Positions 24,934-34,253 of a stretch of DNA of 41,352 nucleotides are shown one piece after another (positions within the stretch are counted from its first letter, which is position 1; each line of letters starts with the position of its first letter). Both the position numbers and the translations under genes were made by a program. The notes beneath the pieces are model-generated. The model did not search any database. It was not told where the DNA came from and saw only the letters and a program-made list of their open reading frames with translations. The DNA comes from a virus. The stretch is from the UHGV virus genome UHGV-0213024; one strand, written 5' to 3'.

Positions 24934-27900
24934 TCAAAGAGGTTTTGAGATTATGCGCGAAACTGTGGGCGCCGTTTTTCTGCCTACTAACTCATGATCC
25001 ATAATCACGTCCCCACCCTTCATCTCTATATTGACTTCTGGCTTTACCGGTGCTTTCCGCAATTCATTCGCAAGGCAAGCGGATAATTCCCTGTAATCAA
25101 TTTGCAGATTGTTTTCTATATTTATATTGTATTCTGTCAGTTTGCTGATCTCCGATGCCTTGGATACATCGTTCATGATCCTGCTTCGTTCTGTGCTGGA
25201 TACCCCTAACATCTGCCCAGTCTGTTGCCACAAATTTATTGCGCTGGATCGACGCGCCGGATTAAGTGGGATTATTGCCTCCGGATGCCCCTCTTCTGCT
25301 ATCCACGCCAAGGTTGGGTCTGTCACTATACCGCCAGTTGCAAATCCTCCAGCGCTTCCGCTCGATTTTGTGTCAACATATGCTGTTAGATGGTTTGCGT
25401 CAAAATACCCCTGAATTTCATTCCACGAAGCTATTGCCGATTCGGTGCCCCCAACAATTTCTCCCATCATGGGGCCAGTAAGGGTTGCGTTCTTTGTAAT
25501 ATCATCCATGCTGTCCACGATATCAACCGCTTTTCCGGTCGCAGTGTCAATGATTTCCCCATTTTTGCTGATCGACAGCCCCATTTCTTCAAGCATATCG
25601 GTTGGGAGTTTGACTCCCTGCTCATTCAGATATGTAGCAATCCTCGGGCACTCTTCCTTCGCACCTGTTTTCATCTTTGCCAGCAGTGCAATCATTTGCT
25701 GCTGTGCTGGTCCTTCCTTTCCAGCAAGACTTCCGATCAGTTCGTCTGACGTCGATAGACCCATTGCCCGGAAAGTTTCTTTAAGTTCTCCTTCCTTTAA
25801 TTTCCCTCCTTGCACGAGCTTACTTAAAAGACTTATCGCCTGTTCCTGTACATGGCTTTCCTGCATACTGATGGACTGGATCAGCGCATCTGGGATTTCT
25901 ACCCCCAGCGTTGTGAGCAATGTCTTGACATCCTCTTGCCCGAGCATTGCCCCGGTTCCAAGTGTATTTAGCAATCCGGCGGCCGTTGCTTGGACACTTG
26001 GGCCCTGCCGCGTCAAAGATGTAATTAGACTATCCGTTACAGTCATACCGCAAGCGTCCATAGCCAGAGATAATTCCGCCATTGAGTCATCGGCTGATTG
26101 CTTTAGCTGCATATAAGTAAACTTTCCATTTTCATATACAAGATTTTGCTTACTTGCAAGTGCGGATATTAATTCGTCCGGCACCCTTTCCCCCGCCAGC
26201 TTTGCTTGTGCTATAGCGTCCAATTTAGCCGGAGAATTTGCAATCTGATAAGATAAAGCACTATAAATTGCGTCCATGTCCCCGGTTCCGGACATCGCCA
26301 TGAGTTCGTAATATTCTGCAAGGCCGTCCTGTATCCCTTGCGGAACTTCACGGCCTGCGGATCTCCACTCTTCCGCTACCCGTTCCATTTCTGCCACATC
26401 TGGTTCCATTTCTTTTAACAATTGTTGAACCGCCCCTCGCGTGGAAGAATCTAGCCCCTCAACTCCACCCTTAAATTGCTGCTCGACGCCATACCAAAAG
26501 TCCTGCCATTCTACTCCGCCGTTCTCCGCTCCAACTCGACCTATCTCGTCATTAAAGTATTTGACCAGTTGATCAACTGATAATCCTGCTACCTCCTCAT
26601 AATTCCCTTTGATTGTCCTCAATTGCAAGTTGACATTATCCACAACCAAATTGCCAAATTTTCTACTGGCTAAGAGTTCGGCTTCTTTGGCTGCTCTATC
26701 AAATTCCGCCTGATTTATATCTCCCTCATTTAATTTGATTTGGTATGGAATTAGAAGTTGCATCTTAGACTCTTCCAACTCCTCTTTACGGCCATCCATT
26801 TTTTCTTGGATCGCGGACCGCAGGTCACGAAAGCTTTCGATTGATAGCCCATCTTTCGATGCTTCAACAGTCAGGTTATTCAATTCCAAATCATATTCAG
26901 CTTGGGCGATCTTGTCCAGTTCCTCCTGGATTTCCTGCCGTTTCTGCCCAATTAATTTCATTTCCTCTTCTGACAGGAATCCATCTTCCCAAGCCTTGTT
27001 GGTTATATCCGCAAGCTCGGTTCCGAGTTCGGTCAACTTACCGTTCAGCTCGTTATAATACTGGTTCGTAAATCCTTCGATATTTGTATAAGAGCTTGTG
27101 CCCTTAATAAGAAGCGCGTCGATTGCCAGATTGGCCGTGTAATGCTGTTGTTCCACATATCCTTGCACACCGGACACATAATCAGTGACAGATTGCTTAA
27201 ACGATACCTTCTCTTCTTCTGTCAGATCCATACCAACGCTCACCTTCCAGGCGGCTTTGTCCATTTCATCGACCGCCGTCTGCATTTGGGTTTCAAACTC
27301 TTCCAGTTTCCCCTTCGCTTCTATGGCTGCATCCAGTTTGATCGTCCAGTCCCGGGTGGTCAGGCGGTTGGCAACATCCTCTACCTCTTCGGCGGACAAT
27401 TTAATGTCTCCAAAATGATCCTTAAGGCTGGATTTCACCGCCTCTTCGTTTGCTTTTTGTATCGCCGCCGCAATCCCGAGGACTGCACCGGACGCCAATA
27501 TACCGATGCCTACCGGACCGGTAAGAGCTGACAGAACAGTTTTGAATCCAGACATCCCAGTAGTAGCAATAGTAGACGCGCCGGCAGCATCTCCTATACC
27601 GCTGGTCAGTGTTTTCAACGCCGCCTTTTTCCCGGCAGCCTCCATCATCTTGCCTATCCCCTTCGTGAGACCGCCAATGCCAGACGTAACGGAACCGGTC
27701 ACTTTCAGCAGCGGACCCATGGCAGCTGCTACACCAGCAGTTTTTATGATGCTTTTTTGCTGCTCTTCTGGCAGGTCTGAAAACTTATCCGCCAGATCCC
27801 CGACCTTTTCCACCGCATCGGTGACCAGAGGAAGCAGCTTCTCCCCAGCCTTAATCCCTGCATTTTTAAGCTTATTCAGCTCTTTTTGCATCGTCGCCGC

Positions 27901-29421
27901 CGGAGTCGCGTCCATTTTGTCAAAAGCCGCCTGGGTTGCACCGGCGGAGTCTTTCATGGCTCCCAGGATCTCATTATACTCTGCACCATCCTCTTTCATA
28001 ATCGTCAGGGCGGCCTTGGAGGCTTCCGCTGATCCGAACATATCAGACAGTGTCTTACCGGATCCCTCCGCATTATCTTTGAGCATTTGTAAGATCTCTG
28101 TGACAGGTTTCCCTTCCGCGACGAGCTGTCCGAAACCTTTCCCTGACATGTCCCGCAGCACCTTATCCGCCACGGATCCGCTCTTGCCCAACTCGTTAAG
28201 CATGGAATTGTAGTATGTGGTCGCTTCTGCGGTCGCTATACCATTTTTTGTCAGTGTAGCCATGGCAGCCGAAACATTGTCCACATCAACATTGACGCTT
28301 TTGGCCGTTGGTATAACCTTACCCATGCTGGACGCCAGCTCATCTACTGTTGTCTTGCCTAGATTTTGTGTGGTAATCAGCTTGTCGGCAATGGCAGTCG
28401 CTTGATCTGCACTCAAGCCATATGCATTTAAAGTGGAGGTAACCACGTCAACCGCCTTTGCTGTATCCGTAAACCCACCCTTTGCAAGCTTCACCATGTC
28501 ATTTGTAAATTGGATTGCATTCCCGCTGTCCACGCCGGCGGAAATCGAAGAATATAACGCCTCGTTAAAATCTGTGATTGCAACTCCGGTCTCATTCGAG
28601 GAAGAGGTTACGCTTGATTTAAGCTTGTCATAGGATACCACCGTGGAGTCGATAATCGTCCCAACTTTCGCAAAGCTCGTCTCCGCGTCCATGGCAAATT
28701 TGGTTGATGCGGTGCCGGCGGCCATCATCGGAGCAGTCACCAGACCGGTAAGCATCCCCCCTACACTTGATATTTGTCCGCCAACCGTTTTGACCTTATC
28801 GCCGGCCGTCTGCATGGATTGGCCGAACAATACAGCTTTGCTCTGTGCGTCGGCAAGCTCCCGGGATATATTTGTTATGGACGCCTCGGTATTATTCAAA
28901 TCTGTTTTAAACGACGTGACATCCTGACTGGCCTGTTCGATCTCCTGACCCAGCAGGTCATAGCGCCCCTGCAGCTGTACCAACGCATTGCGGTGTTTAT
29001 CGGCAGTTTCAGACGCTTTTTTTGCTTCCTCTGATTCCTTCCCGTGAGTCTCCGCCAGCGCCTTCGCTTTTTGCTGTGCCCTCTCATACTGACCGGTCAG
29101 CTTTTCGATCTGAGCTTTCAGCGATGACTGCTCCTGCTTTGACTTTGAGATCGTCTCGTTTAAATTCTTGATCTCCTGCCGGTACACATTCGCCTTGTTT
29201 TTCGCCGTGTTTAATTCATTTGCCAGGGATTGTGATTTTTCCGCTGCGTCACGAAATATCCCGCCAACGCCTTTGGTTACGGCTTCCAGCTTATTTAATT
29301 CCGACTGTGCCAGGCTTCCCTGCCGGTCGATCTGTTCCAGCGCTTTCACCGCACTTTCCGCAGACTTTTTCATGCCTGACACATCAAGCTCTATATACCC
29401 TCTTGCAACTTCCTGTTCCAT
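24934..29421 (-). CDS. Tail tape measure protein (TP901-like)
   Basis: 1495 aa, helical, TQNLGKTTVDELASSMGKV, C-terminal GFATGG...AEEG.PEAIIPL. Confidence 0.95.
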   Translation of the reverse strand: MEQEVARGYIELDVSGMKKSAESAVKALEQIDRQGSLAQSELNKLEAVTKGVGGIFRDAAEKSQSLANELNTAKNKANVYRQEIKNLNETISKSKQEQSSLKAQIEKLTGQYERAQQKAKALAETHGKESEEAKKASETADKHRNALVQLQGRYDLLGQEIEQASQDVTSFKTDLNNTEASITNISRELADAQSKAVLFGQSMQTAGDKVKTVGGQISSVGGMLTGLVTAPMMAAGTASTKFAMDAETSFAKVGTIIDSTVVSYDKLKSSVTSSSNETGVAITDFNEALYSSISAGVDSGNAIQFTNDMVKLAKGGFTDTAKAVDVVTSTLNAYGLSADQATAIADKLITTQNLGKTTVDELASSMGKVIPTAKSVNVDVDNVSAAMATLTKNGIATAEATTYYNSMLNELGKSGSVADKVLRDMSGKGFGQLVAEGKPVTEILQMLKDNAEGSGKTLSDMFGSAEASKAALTIMKEDGAEYNEILGAMKDSAGATQAAFDKMDATPAATMQKELNKLKNAGIKAGEKLLPLVTDAVEKVGDLADKFSDLPEEQQKSIIKTAGVAAAMGPLLKVTGSVTSGIGGLTKGIGKMMEAAGKKAALKTLTSGIGDAAGASTIATTGMSGFKTVLSALTGPVGIGILASGAVLGIAAAIQKANEEAVKSSLKDHFGDIKLSAEEVEDVANRLTTRDWTIKLDAAIEAKGKLEEFETQMQTAVDEMDKAAWKVSVGMDLTEEEKVSFKQSVTDYVSGVQGYVEQQHYTANLAIDALLIKGTSSYTNIEGFTNQYYNELNGKLTELGTELADITNKAWEDGFLSEEEMKLIGQKRQEIQEELDKIAQAEYDLELNNLTVEASKDGLSIESFRDLRSAIQEKMDGRKEELEESKMQLLIPYQIKLNEGDINQAEFDRAAKEAELLASRKFGNLVVDNVNLQLRTIKGNYEEVAGLSVDQLVKYFNDEIGRVGAENGGVEWQDFWYGVEQQFKGGVEGLDSSTRGAVQQLLKEMEPDVAEMERVAEEWRSAGREVPQGIQDGLAEYYELMAMSGTGDMDAIYSALSYQIANSPAKLDAIAQAKLAGERVPDELISALASKQNLVYENGKFTYMQLKQSADDSMAELSLAMDACGMTVTDSLITSLTRQGPSVQATAAGLLNTLGTGAMLGQEDVKTLLTTLGVEIPDALIQSISMQESHVQEQAISLLSKLVQGGKLKEGELKETFRAMGLSTSDELIGSLAGKEGPAQQQMIALLAKMKTGAKEECPRIATYLNEQGVKLPTDMLEEMGLSISKNGEIIDTATGKAVDIVDSMDDITKNATLTGPMMGEIVGGTESAIASWNEIQGYFDANHLTAYVDTKSSGSAGGFATGGIVTDPTLAWIAEEGHPEAIIPLNPARRSSAINLWQQTGQMLGVSSTERSRIMNDVSKASEISKLTEYNINIENNLQIDYRELSACLANELRKAPVKPEVNIEMKGGDVIMDHELVGRKTAPTVSRIISKPL

Positions 29422-29639
29422 CAGCTCGCCCCCAATTCTGCGTAGAAATCACTCATGCTCGTTACTTTCTTTTCATATACCGGAGTTTCACCGTCAGCTA
29501 CCTTTGACCGGATATATTCACAGCACTCGTCCAGGCAAAATGCCGTATAATCATCTTCTATTCCCATAATACTGCTGGGACTTCTTTTCTGGGATGCCGC
29601 CAGATTTATGATTCGCAGCAGATCCTTGCTTTTCACGAA
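29421..29639 (-). CDS. Tail assembly chaperone extension (T part, probably reached by frameshift)
   Basis: Open +1 frame FVKSKDLL...PS.IMGIEDDYTAFCLDE ending at the TMP start. Confidence 0.7.
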   Translation of the reverse strand, partial: FVKSKDLLRIINLAASQKRSPSSIMGIEDDYTAFCLDECCEYIRSKVADGETPVYEKKVTSMSDFYAELGAS

Positions 29640-30009
29640 ATATGCGCAAGGAGTCAATCCCTGTCTGCACATAGTTATAGATATACATTAACTGCATATC
29701 TGTAAGGTTCAGGCCGGCGGCCTCAAAATCCTGATAAGATGGCTTCACCAGTGCTGCCTTGGCGATGCACTTCATTATTTTTGCGGTTTCCACCAAAGTA
29801 TTCCCCGTCTTAACTACTCCTTCTGCTCCGCCCTTGAAAAGCTCTGCCGCTACAGTCAGCAGTGAATTCGGGATGGCGCCGGTCTCGGCCAGATCCAACA
29901 GAGAGGGCCGCCGCAGTTTAACGATCAACGGTTCGTCGGAAACAAATCCGGGCAGCTCCACTTCGGAACCGCCCGCATACTTTTTAATATCCTCAATACT
30001 TGCTACCAT
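29551..30009 (-). CDS. Tail assembly chaperone (G)
   Basis: Between the major tail protein and TMP; LRRPSLL.L...G.IPN.L. Confidence 0.82.
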   Translation of the reverse strand: MVASIEDIKKYAGGSEVELPGFVSDEPLIVKLRRPSLLDLAETGAIPNSLLTVAAELFKGGAEGVVKTGNTLVETAKIMKCIAKAALVKPSYQDFEAAGLNLTDMQLMYIYNYVQTGIDSLRIFREKQGSAANHKSGGIPEKKSQQYYGNRR

Positions 30010-30021
30010 CTAATACCTCCA

Positions 30022-30867
30022 TTATGCTTTCGACGTAACTGTCGCAATACCGGCCTTTTTGGCTTTGTTGGAAGAATCACACTCCACCACCAAAACTTTC
30101 TGTCCGGTTGTAGCCGTGATCTCATCCGTTCCATTCCAGTCCGTATACCCGGTAACACAGCTATCATCGTAGGCCGGGAGCGCCACGGACGCAGCGGTCT
30201 TATACTTGTAGGTATTCCCGCTGGACTTGTTAGGTGTAACCGTCAATACAGTCTTTCCTGTTGTGGCCCCCGCCGTGCTTGTGATACTCAATGAGCCAAT
30301 CTCCTGACCAATCACCGGTAACGTATCCACGTACTCGATCTTGTACGGCGCTTCTCCGTTCCCGGGAGCCGAGTTGATCGTATATTCCGTTGCTCGGAAT
30401 ACATCGTCCTCGGAGTTGAGACCGGCCGGCTGCCCAGCACATCCGGGATAGATTGTTTTCTCGTACCCGATCACGTCTGATCCAGCCATCTGTGCGGAAT
30501 ATACATCCAGTGTAAATTTTACTGGGTCATAGTCCACCCCAGAGGCCGGCGGCTCATAGCTGATGATCTCTCCTGCTTCATTTCTGGTAACAGTCCCCCC
30601 CTGTAGGATCTCAATCAGTTCCAGGATCGTCAGATTATCCGTCAGAGTAATAGTATGCCCGGTTAACGTCCGCTTCTCCGGTTTCTGGGCCTTTAACGTC
30701 CCCTTGATGATCAGTTTCACCGCCTCTGTGGTTTCCACCTGCGGCTCTACAGCGATCTTCGTTCCCGATGTGATTCCAATACACCGGGGGGATGTCTCTT
30801 CTGTCGTTGCTACAACCATGCAGCAATCAATTGTCGCTCGTTCTGTTCCTCTTTTTGGCGTTGCCAT
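30022..30867 (-). CDS. Major tail protein with C-terminal accessory (Ig-like) domain
   Basis: Synteny; C-terminal S.AG...GKT....P....N.YKYK...W.G...I.A..G. Confidence 0.85.
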   Translation of the reverse strand: MATPKRGTERATIDCCMVVATTEETSPRCIGITSGTKIAVEPQVETTEAVKLIIKGTLKAQKPEKRTLTGHTITLTDNLTILELIEILQGGTVTRNEAGEIISYEPPASGVDYDPVKFTLDVYSAQMAGSDVIGYEKTIYPGCAGQPAGLNSEDDVFRATEYTINSAPGNGEAPYKIEYVDTLPVIGQEIGSLSITSTAGATTGKTVLTVTPNKSSGNTYKYKTAASVALPAYDDSCVTGYTDWNGTDEITATTGQKVLVVECDSSNKAKKAGIATVTSKA

Positions 30868-30882
30868 ATATTATCATTCCTT

Positions 30883-31242
30883 TCATATTACTTTGTTAAT
30901 AGTGACTATTTCCGTTACCTGATAGATCAGGCTGGTCATGTACCCTTTGACATCATCGTCTGGGTAATGTGGCTGTTCTGGACCTACATACTTGACCGCA
31001 GGGAACAGCTCGTTCATACACTTCCTAACCTCGTCGATATATCCTCCAAACTCGCTATACCTGTTATACGGGTAGTACAGCAGCACTTCATATTCGTGGG
31101 CTTCCAGGCTGTACGACGGTCCTGCCCGCCCGTTATCTCTCAACACTAGGTATGGATCCTTGCAATCCCCCTGATGTTGCCCGAGCGAATACACGTCATG
31201 CCCATGATCTCGGAGATGCTTATATATGTCTTTCCAACTCAT
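30883..31242 (-). CDS. Tail terminator/completion protein
   Basis: Synteny and size. Confidence 0.65.
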   Translation of the reverse strand: MSWKDIYKHLRDHGHDVYSLGQHQGDCKDPYLVLRDNGRAGPSYSLEAHEYEVLLYYPYNRYSEFGGYIDEVRKCMNELFPAVKYVGPEQPHYPDDDVKGYMTSLIYQVTEIVTINKVI

Positions 31243-31580
31243 AGATTGCCCACCACCTTTTTTAACCCGGAAAGAATCTTCGGTGCCTCTCGGCGAAGCG
31301 TCGGGTAAATAATTGCATAGCGCTTTTCATACTTAAATTCCAGCTCCACTCCGTAATCCACGCCATGTGCAAGATAGATCCGGATCTTTTCGCTTTCATC
31401 CTTTTTGCAGTATCCTTCCAGACGTTGGCGGGCATGACCGGTTCTATCCGTCCACGGCCGTTCCCTTGCCGCAATGGACTGCAAGTTGCTGGCAGATGTT
31501 TTTCCGTAGGCCATCAACGCCTTTTCCGCTCGTTCCGGAAGTGCCTGGATCATATCTTCCATGTCAGTCAGTTCAAACAT
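31239..31580 (-). CDS. HK97 gp10-like neck protein
   Basis: PWTDRTG.AR..L, LAHGVDYGV.LE. Confidence 0.78.
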   Translation of the reverse strand: MFELTDMEDMIQALPERAEKALMAYGKTSASNLQSIAARERPWTDRTGHARQRLEGYCKKDESEKIRIYLAHGVDYGVELEFKYEKRYAIIYPTLRREAPKILSGLKKVVGNL

Positions 31581-31581
31581 G

Positions 31582-31929
31582 CTATACTTCCTCCCGTAAC
31601 GACAGGTCCATCCACAGATGCAGGTTGCCAAGATCATCTGTACCAGTAATGGTATAATCCCTGTTGTTAACTGTGACAAAATCATTCTTCCGGATATCTC
31701 CGTTGCTGATCAAAAGCTTTGGCTGTTTCTGTGCGTCCAACTGGCCGGAATCAACTAGGGTGATATTCAAAAATCCATTGGATGAATGGAAAAGTCCTTT
31801 GCATTTCAGGATCTCCACCGGTTCCGTTGGTTCCCGGTACTCATTTGTTCCCGTCCTCCGGAATATACACTCTTGCCCGTGCTGCTCCATGGCTCTCTGG
31901 ATCTGGTATATTTGATGCGTTAATCCCAT
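31582..31929 (-). CDS. Head closure / head-tail adaptor
   Basis: Synteny; start MGLTHQ inferred from RBS. Confidence 0.65.
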   Translation of the reverse strand: MGLTHQIYQIQRAMEQHGQECIFRRTGTNEYREPTEPVEILKCKGLFHSSNGFLNITLVDSGQLDAQKQPKLLISNGDIRKNDFVTVNNRDYTITGTDDLGNLHLWMDLSLREEV

Positions 31930-31934
31930 CGTGA

Positions 31935-32210
31935 TCACCCGCCTTTGGTAACTGCCGTGGCATTCGGCCGGTACATTGCTGCCAAACGCAGCCAGTATGA
32001 TGACGAATCGGAAAGGGAAAGGCCGGAGACGTTCAGGGAACATTCTTCGGCCTTGATGATCAGACAATTATATGTAGCCAGATCCACATCCCAATTTGCT
32101 CGTTCGATTTGATACTGCAATTCCGGATCGTCAAAGAATGGCACCTGTGCTTCCCGGAGATTGATCTTTAGCTGGTTAATTTTGATTTTCTGCTCCTCGG
32201 TCAGTGCCAT
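31935..32210 (-). CDS. Head-tail connector protein
   Basis: LRE...PFFDD.EL; follows the capsid gene; AGGAGG RBS. Confidence 0.7.
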   Translation of the reverse strand: MALTEEQKIKINQLKINLREAQVPFFDDPELQYQIERANWDVDLATYNCLIIKAEECSLNVSGLSLSDSSSYWLRLAAMYRPNATAVTKGG

Positions 32211-32220
32211 AACATCCTCC

Positions 32221-33234
32221 TTATACTGTCGGAGACGGATTCGCCTCAATTTTATGTTTAAGGGCAACGATCGCAATGTTTTTCAGGTCTTTCTTTCGTG
32301 TCCAGTTTGCTGCCTTTTCAAGATCTGCGTTTGCGGCATATTTCTTGCCGCCAGTCAAAGTCGCATCTGCTTTCCACGATAGGCCCAGAGGGTGCATCAC
32401 CAGTGCACGCCGATTTATGAGGATGTTCTGCGCTTTGAGCTTATTCCTATCCACCTCCGTGCCGATCAGGCCGCGCGGCATACCATCATCTCTCGCAAAC
32501 ACACCCTTTCCCAGGAAATACGTCATATACGTCTTGGCCGTAGAATCATATGGCATACCATCATCGACAATAACCTGGTATCCTAAGTAATAATCGATCT
32601 TGATCTTAAGGGTTGCGTCATACTCCGTCTCGATATTCTGCTGTTTTTGCAGCTGAGTGTAAGTGGCGGAATGCATAAACACCATACCCAGTTTGTCATA
32701 TGCATCACCCATCAACTGCTTTGCATCCAGCGTATTATCCACGCCGATAATTGCATCGGTACCGGATGCCGCAGATACATCAAGCACATGGGCCTTGAGC
32801 GCACCGTTTGTGGGATTCAGGATTCCTTTGAGCACAGAAAGCATGACAGCCTGTTCCCTTTCGTTCCACCAATCAGCAATCAAGTTTCCGATCGCACTGA
32901 TCGGGTCCGTACCTCCAAAGACCTTTGACAGGTCAGTATCGCCCCATGCTTTCTGGCGCACCAGCAGCGTAGCAACCTCATTATCGGTCGTGATCTTGTC
33001 AACGCCGATCTCTTCCTCACCAAACACTTCGTCTTCGCCGGTCAGCGGATTGTAGTACGGCATCGTGATTAAGTTTCCGCCCTTCGGTGTCCCATCTATA
33101 ATCTGGGATACTGTCGGGTCACTGGTTACAATCCCGCTTTTTACAAGCATGGATTTCTCCGTGGTTTTTTCCAAGGTATACTCTGTAAACTTGGAAGGTA
33201 CAATCTGTAAATCAGCAATAGTAGTTACTGCCAT
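32221..33234 (-). CDS. Major capsid protein
   Basis: T.IAD.QIVP..F..Y, I.MPY...L.G, LGYQVIVDD.MP, HP.G..W. Confidence 0.92.
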   Translation of the reverse strand: MAVTTIADLQIVPSKFTEYTLEKTTEKSMLVKSGIVTSDPTVSQIIDGTPKGGNLITMPYYNPLTGEDEVFGEEEIGVDKITTDNEVATLLVRQKAWGDTDLSKVFGGTDPISAIGNLIADWWNEREQAVMLSVLKGILNPTNGALKAHVLDVSAASGTDAIIGVDNTLDAKQLMGDAYDKLGMVFMHSATYTQLQKQQNIETEYDATLKIKIDYYLGYQVIVDDGMPYDSTAKTYMTYFLGKGVFARDDGMPRGLIGTEVDRNKLKAQNILINRRALVMHPLGLSWKADATLTGGKKYAANADLEKAANWTRKKDLKNIAIVALKHKIEANPSPTV

Positions 33235-33248
33235 AATTTTTCACTCTC

Positions 33249-33839
33249 CTATTCAACTTTTGCTTCAATTTTAAGTTTCTTTGCCTTGTCCGGGTCGGAA
33301 ACCTCAAGCTTCATCTGCTCGGTCAGGTTCCACCCCTTTTCTGTGTATGGATTCTTTTCCGGCGGAGTAATCTCGCTGTGGTTCCTGGCAAAGTTTCCTG
33401 TGCCTCCGGTCCCACCGCCGTTTGCCGGGTCCTGAAACTGGCTGGCATATTTTTCCTTTGTGGATTTAACAAAGTTTTCTTGATCCTTGATCTGTCCCTT
33501 GTCGTCAAACTCTACCGTGTCACCCAGCTTAAACAGCAGGTAGTCCACATCTGTGCATCCCTCCTGCAACATCAGGGAGCGCAGGACAAATTCCTTTTTG
33601 TCTTTTTCCCTACCCTCTTTTTCCGCTTTAAGCTGCCCCTGCAGATCCTCAACGTCGACTTTTTCGAGTTCTGCGATCCTTCCATCTTTCTGTATCACGT
33701 CGTCACGCAATACTTTAATGGTCTCATCCTTGGTTCCGATCTGAGTCTGGTACCCGGTCACATCGGTGCCGTATTGTGCCATGATCTTCTCGATGTTCTC
33801 TTTTTCAATCCCCAGACCCTCTAAAAACTTTCTGTCCAT
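33249..33839 (-). CDS. Scaffolding protein (GP20-like)
   Basis: MDRKFLEGLG.....I..IM...G, NPY....WNLTEQ..L...DP..A. Confidence 0.85.
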   Translation of the reverse strand: MDRKFLEGLGIEKENIEKIMAQYGTDVTGYQTQIGTKDETIKVLRDDVIQKDGRIAELEKVDVEDLQGQLKAEKEGREKDKKEFVLRSLMLQEGCTDVDYLLFKLGDTVEFDDKGQIKDQENFVKSTKEKYASQFQDPANGGGTGGTGNFARNHSEITPPEKNPYTEKGWNLTEQMKLEVSDPDKAKKLKIEAKVE

Positions 33840-33848
33840 ATTTTCTCC

Positions 33849-33922
33849 ATCCGGTACTACGCTTGTTTTCGGGGTCGCGCCCCCGTGTACCCGCGCCGAT
33901 TACGCCCGCGCCCAGGCGAATT
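33849..33922 (-). promoter_or_regulatory. GC-rich structured 5' leader of the scaffold gene
   Basis: CGCCU/GGGCG, GGGG-GCGCGA-CCCC and GGUAC/GUACC stems ending at the RBS. Confidence 0.5.
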
Positions 33923-34052
33923 TTGTGTATAATAAAAGCCCGGATCTCTCCGAGCTTTATTAACAGTATTTAATCAGATACATTCCGCTGGCATAAGAAA
34001 ACCGCCATCATTGAGACAGCGGTTTAATATATTCGTCATATGGCGTACCTTC

Positions 34053-34253
34053 CTAATCTTGGTACTTTTCTTGTATTTCTCTCATTCTGGTTTTCCGTCT
34101 TTCACTGACCGCTTTATATTCCTCATTATTTCCATCAAGGCCACCTGTCCATTTACCTTCTGCTTTCAGCCTATTCGTTATCTTCTCTTCCTCTGCAATA
34201 CATTCTTCGAGGACTTCTTCCCATTCTTTTTGTGCCGCTTCCCTGCTATTCAC
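34053..34253 (-). CDS. Small protein downstream of MuF (candidate immunity/partner)
   Basis: GGAGG RBS plus GTG overlapping the MuF stop; G.W.GGLDG motif. Confidence 0.65.
   Translation of the reverse strand: MNSREAAQKEWEEVLEECIAEEEKITNRLKAEGKWTGGLDGNNEEYKAVSERRKTRMREIQEKYQD

Noticed and set aside
25109..29569. Many long + strand ORFs opposite the tape measure gene (and similar ones opposite capsid, portal and tail genes)
   Set aside because: Antisense shadows of real genes, with no RBS or recognisable motifs.
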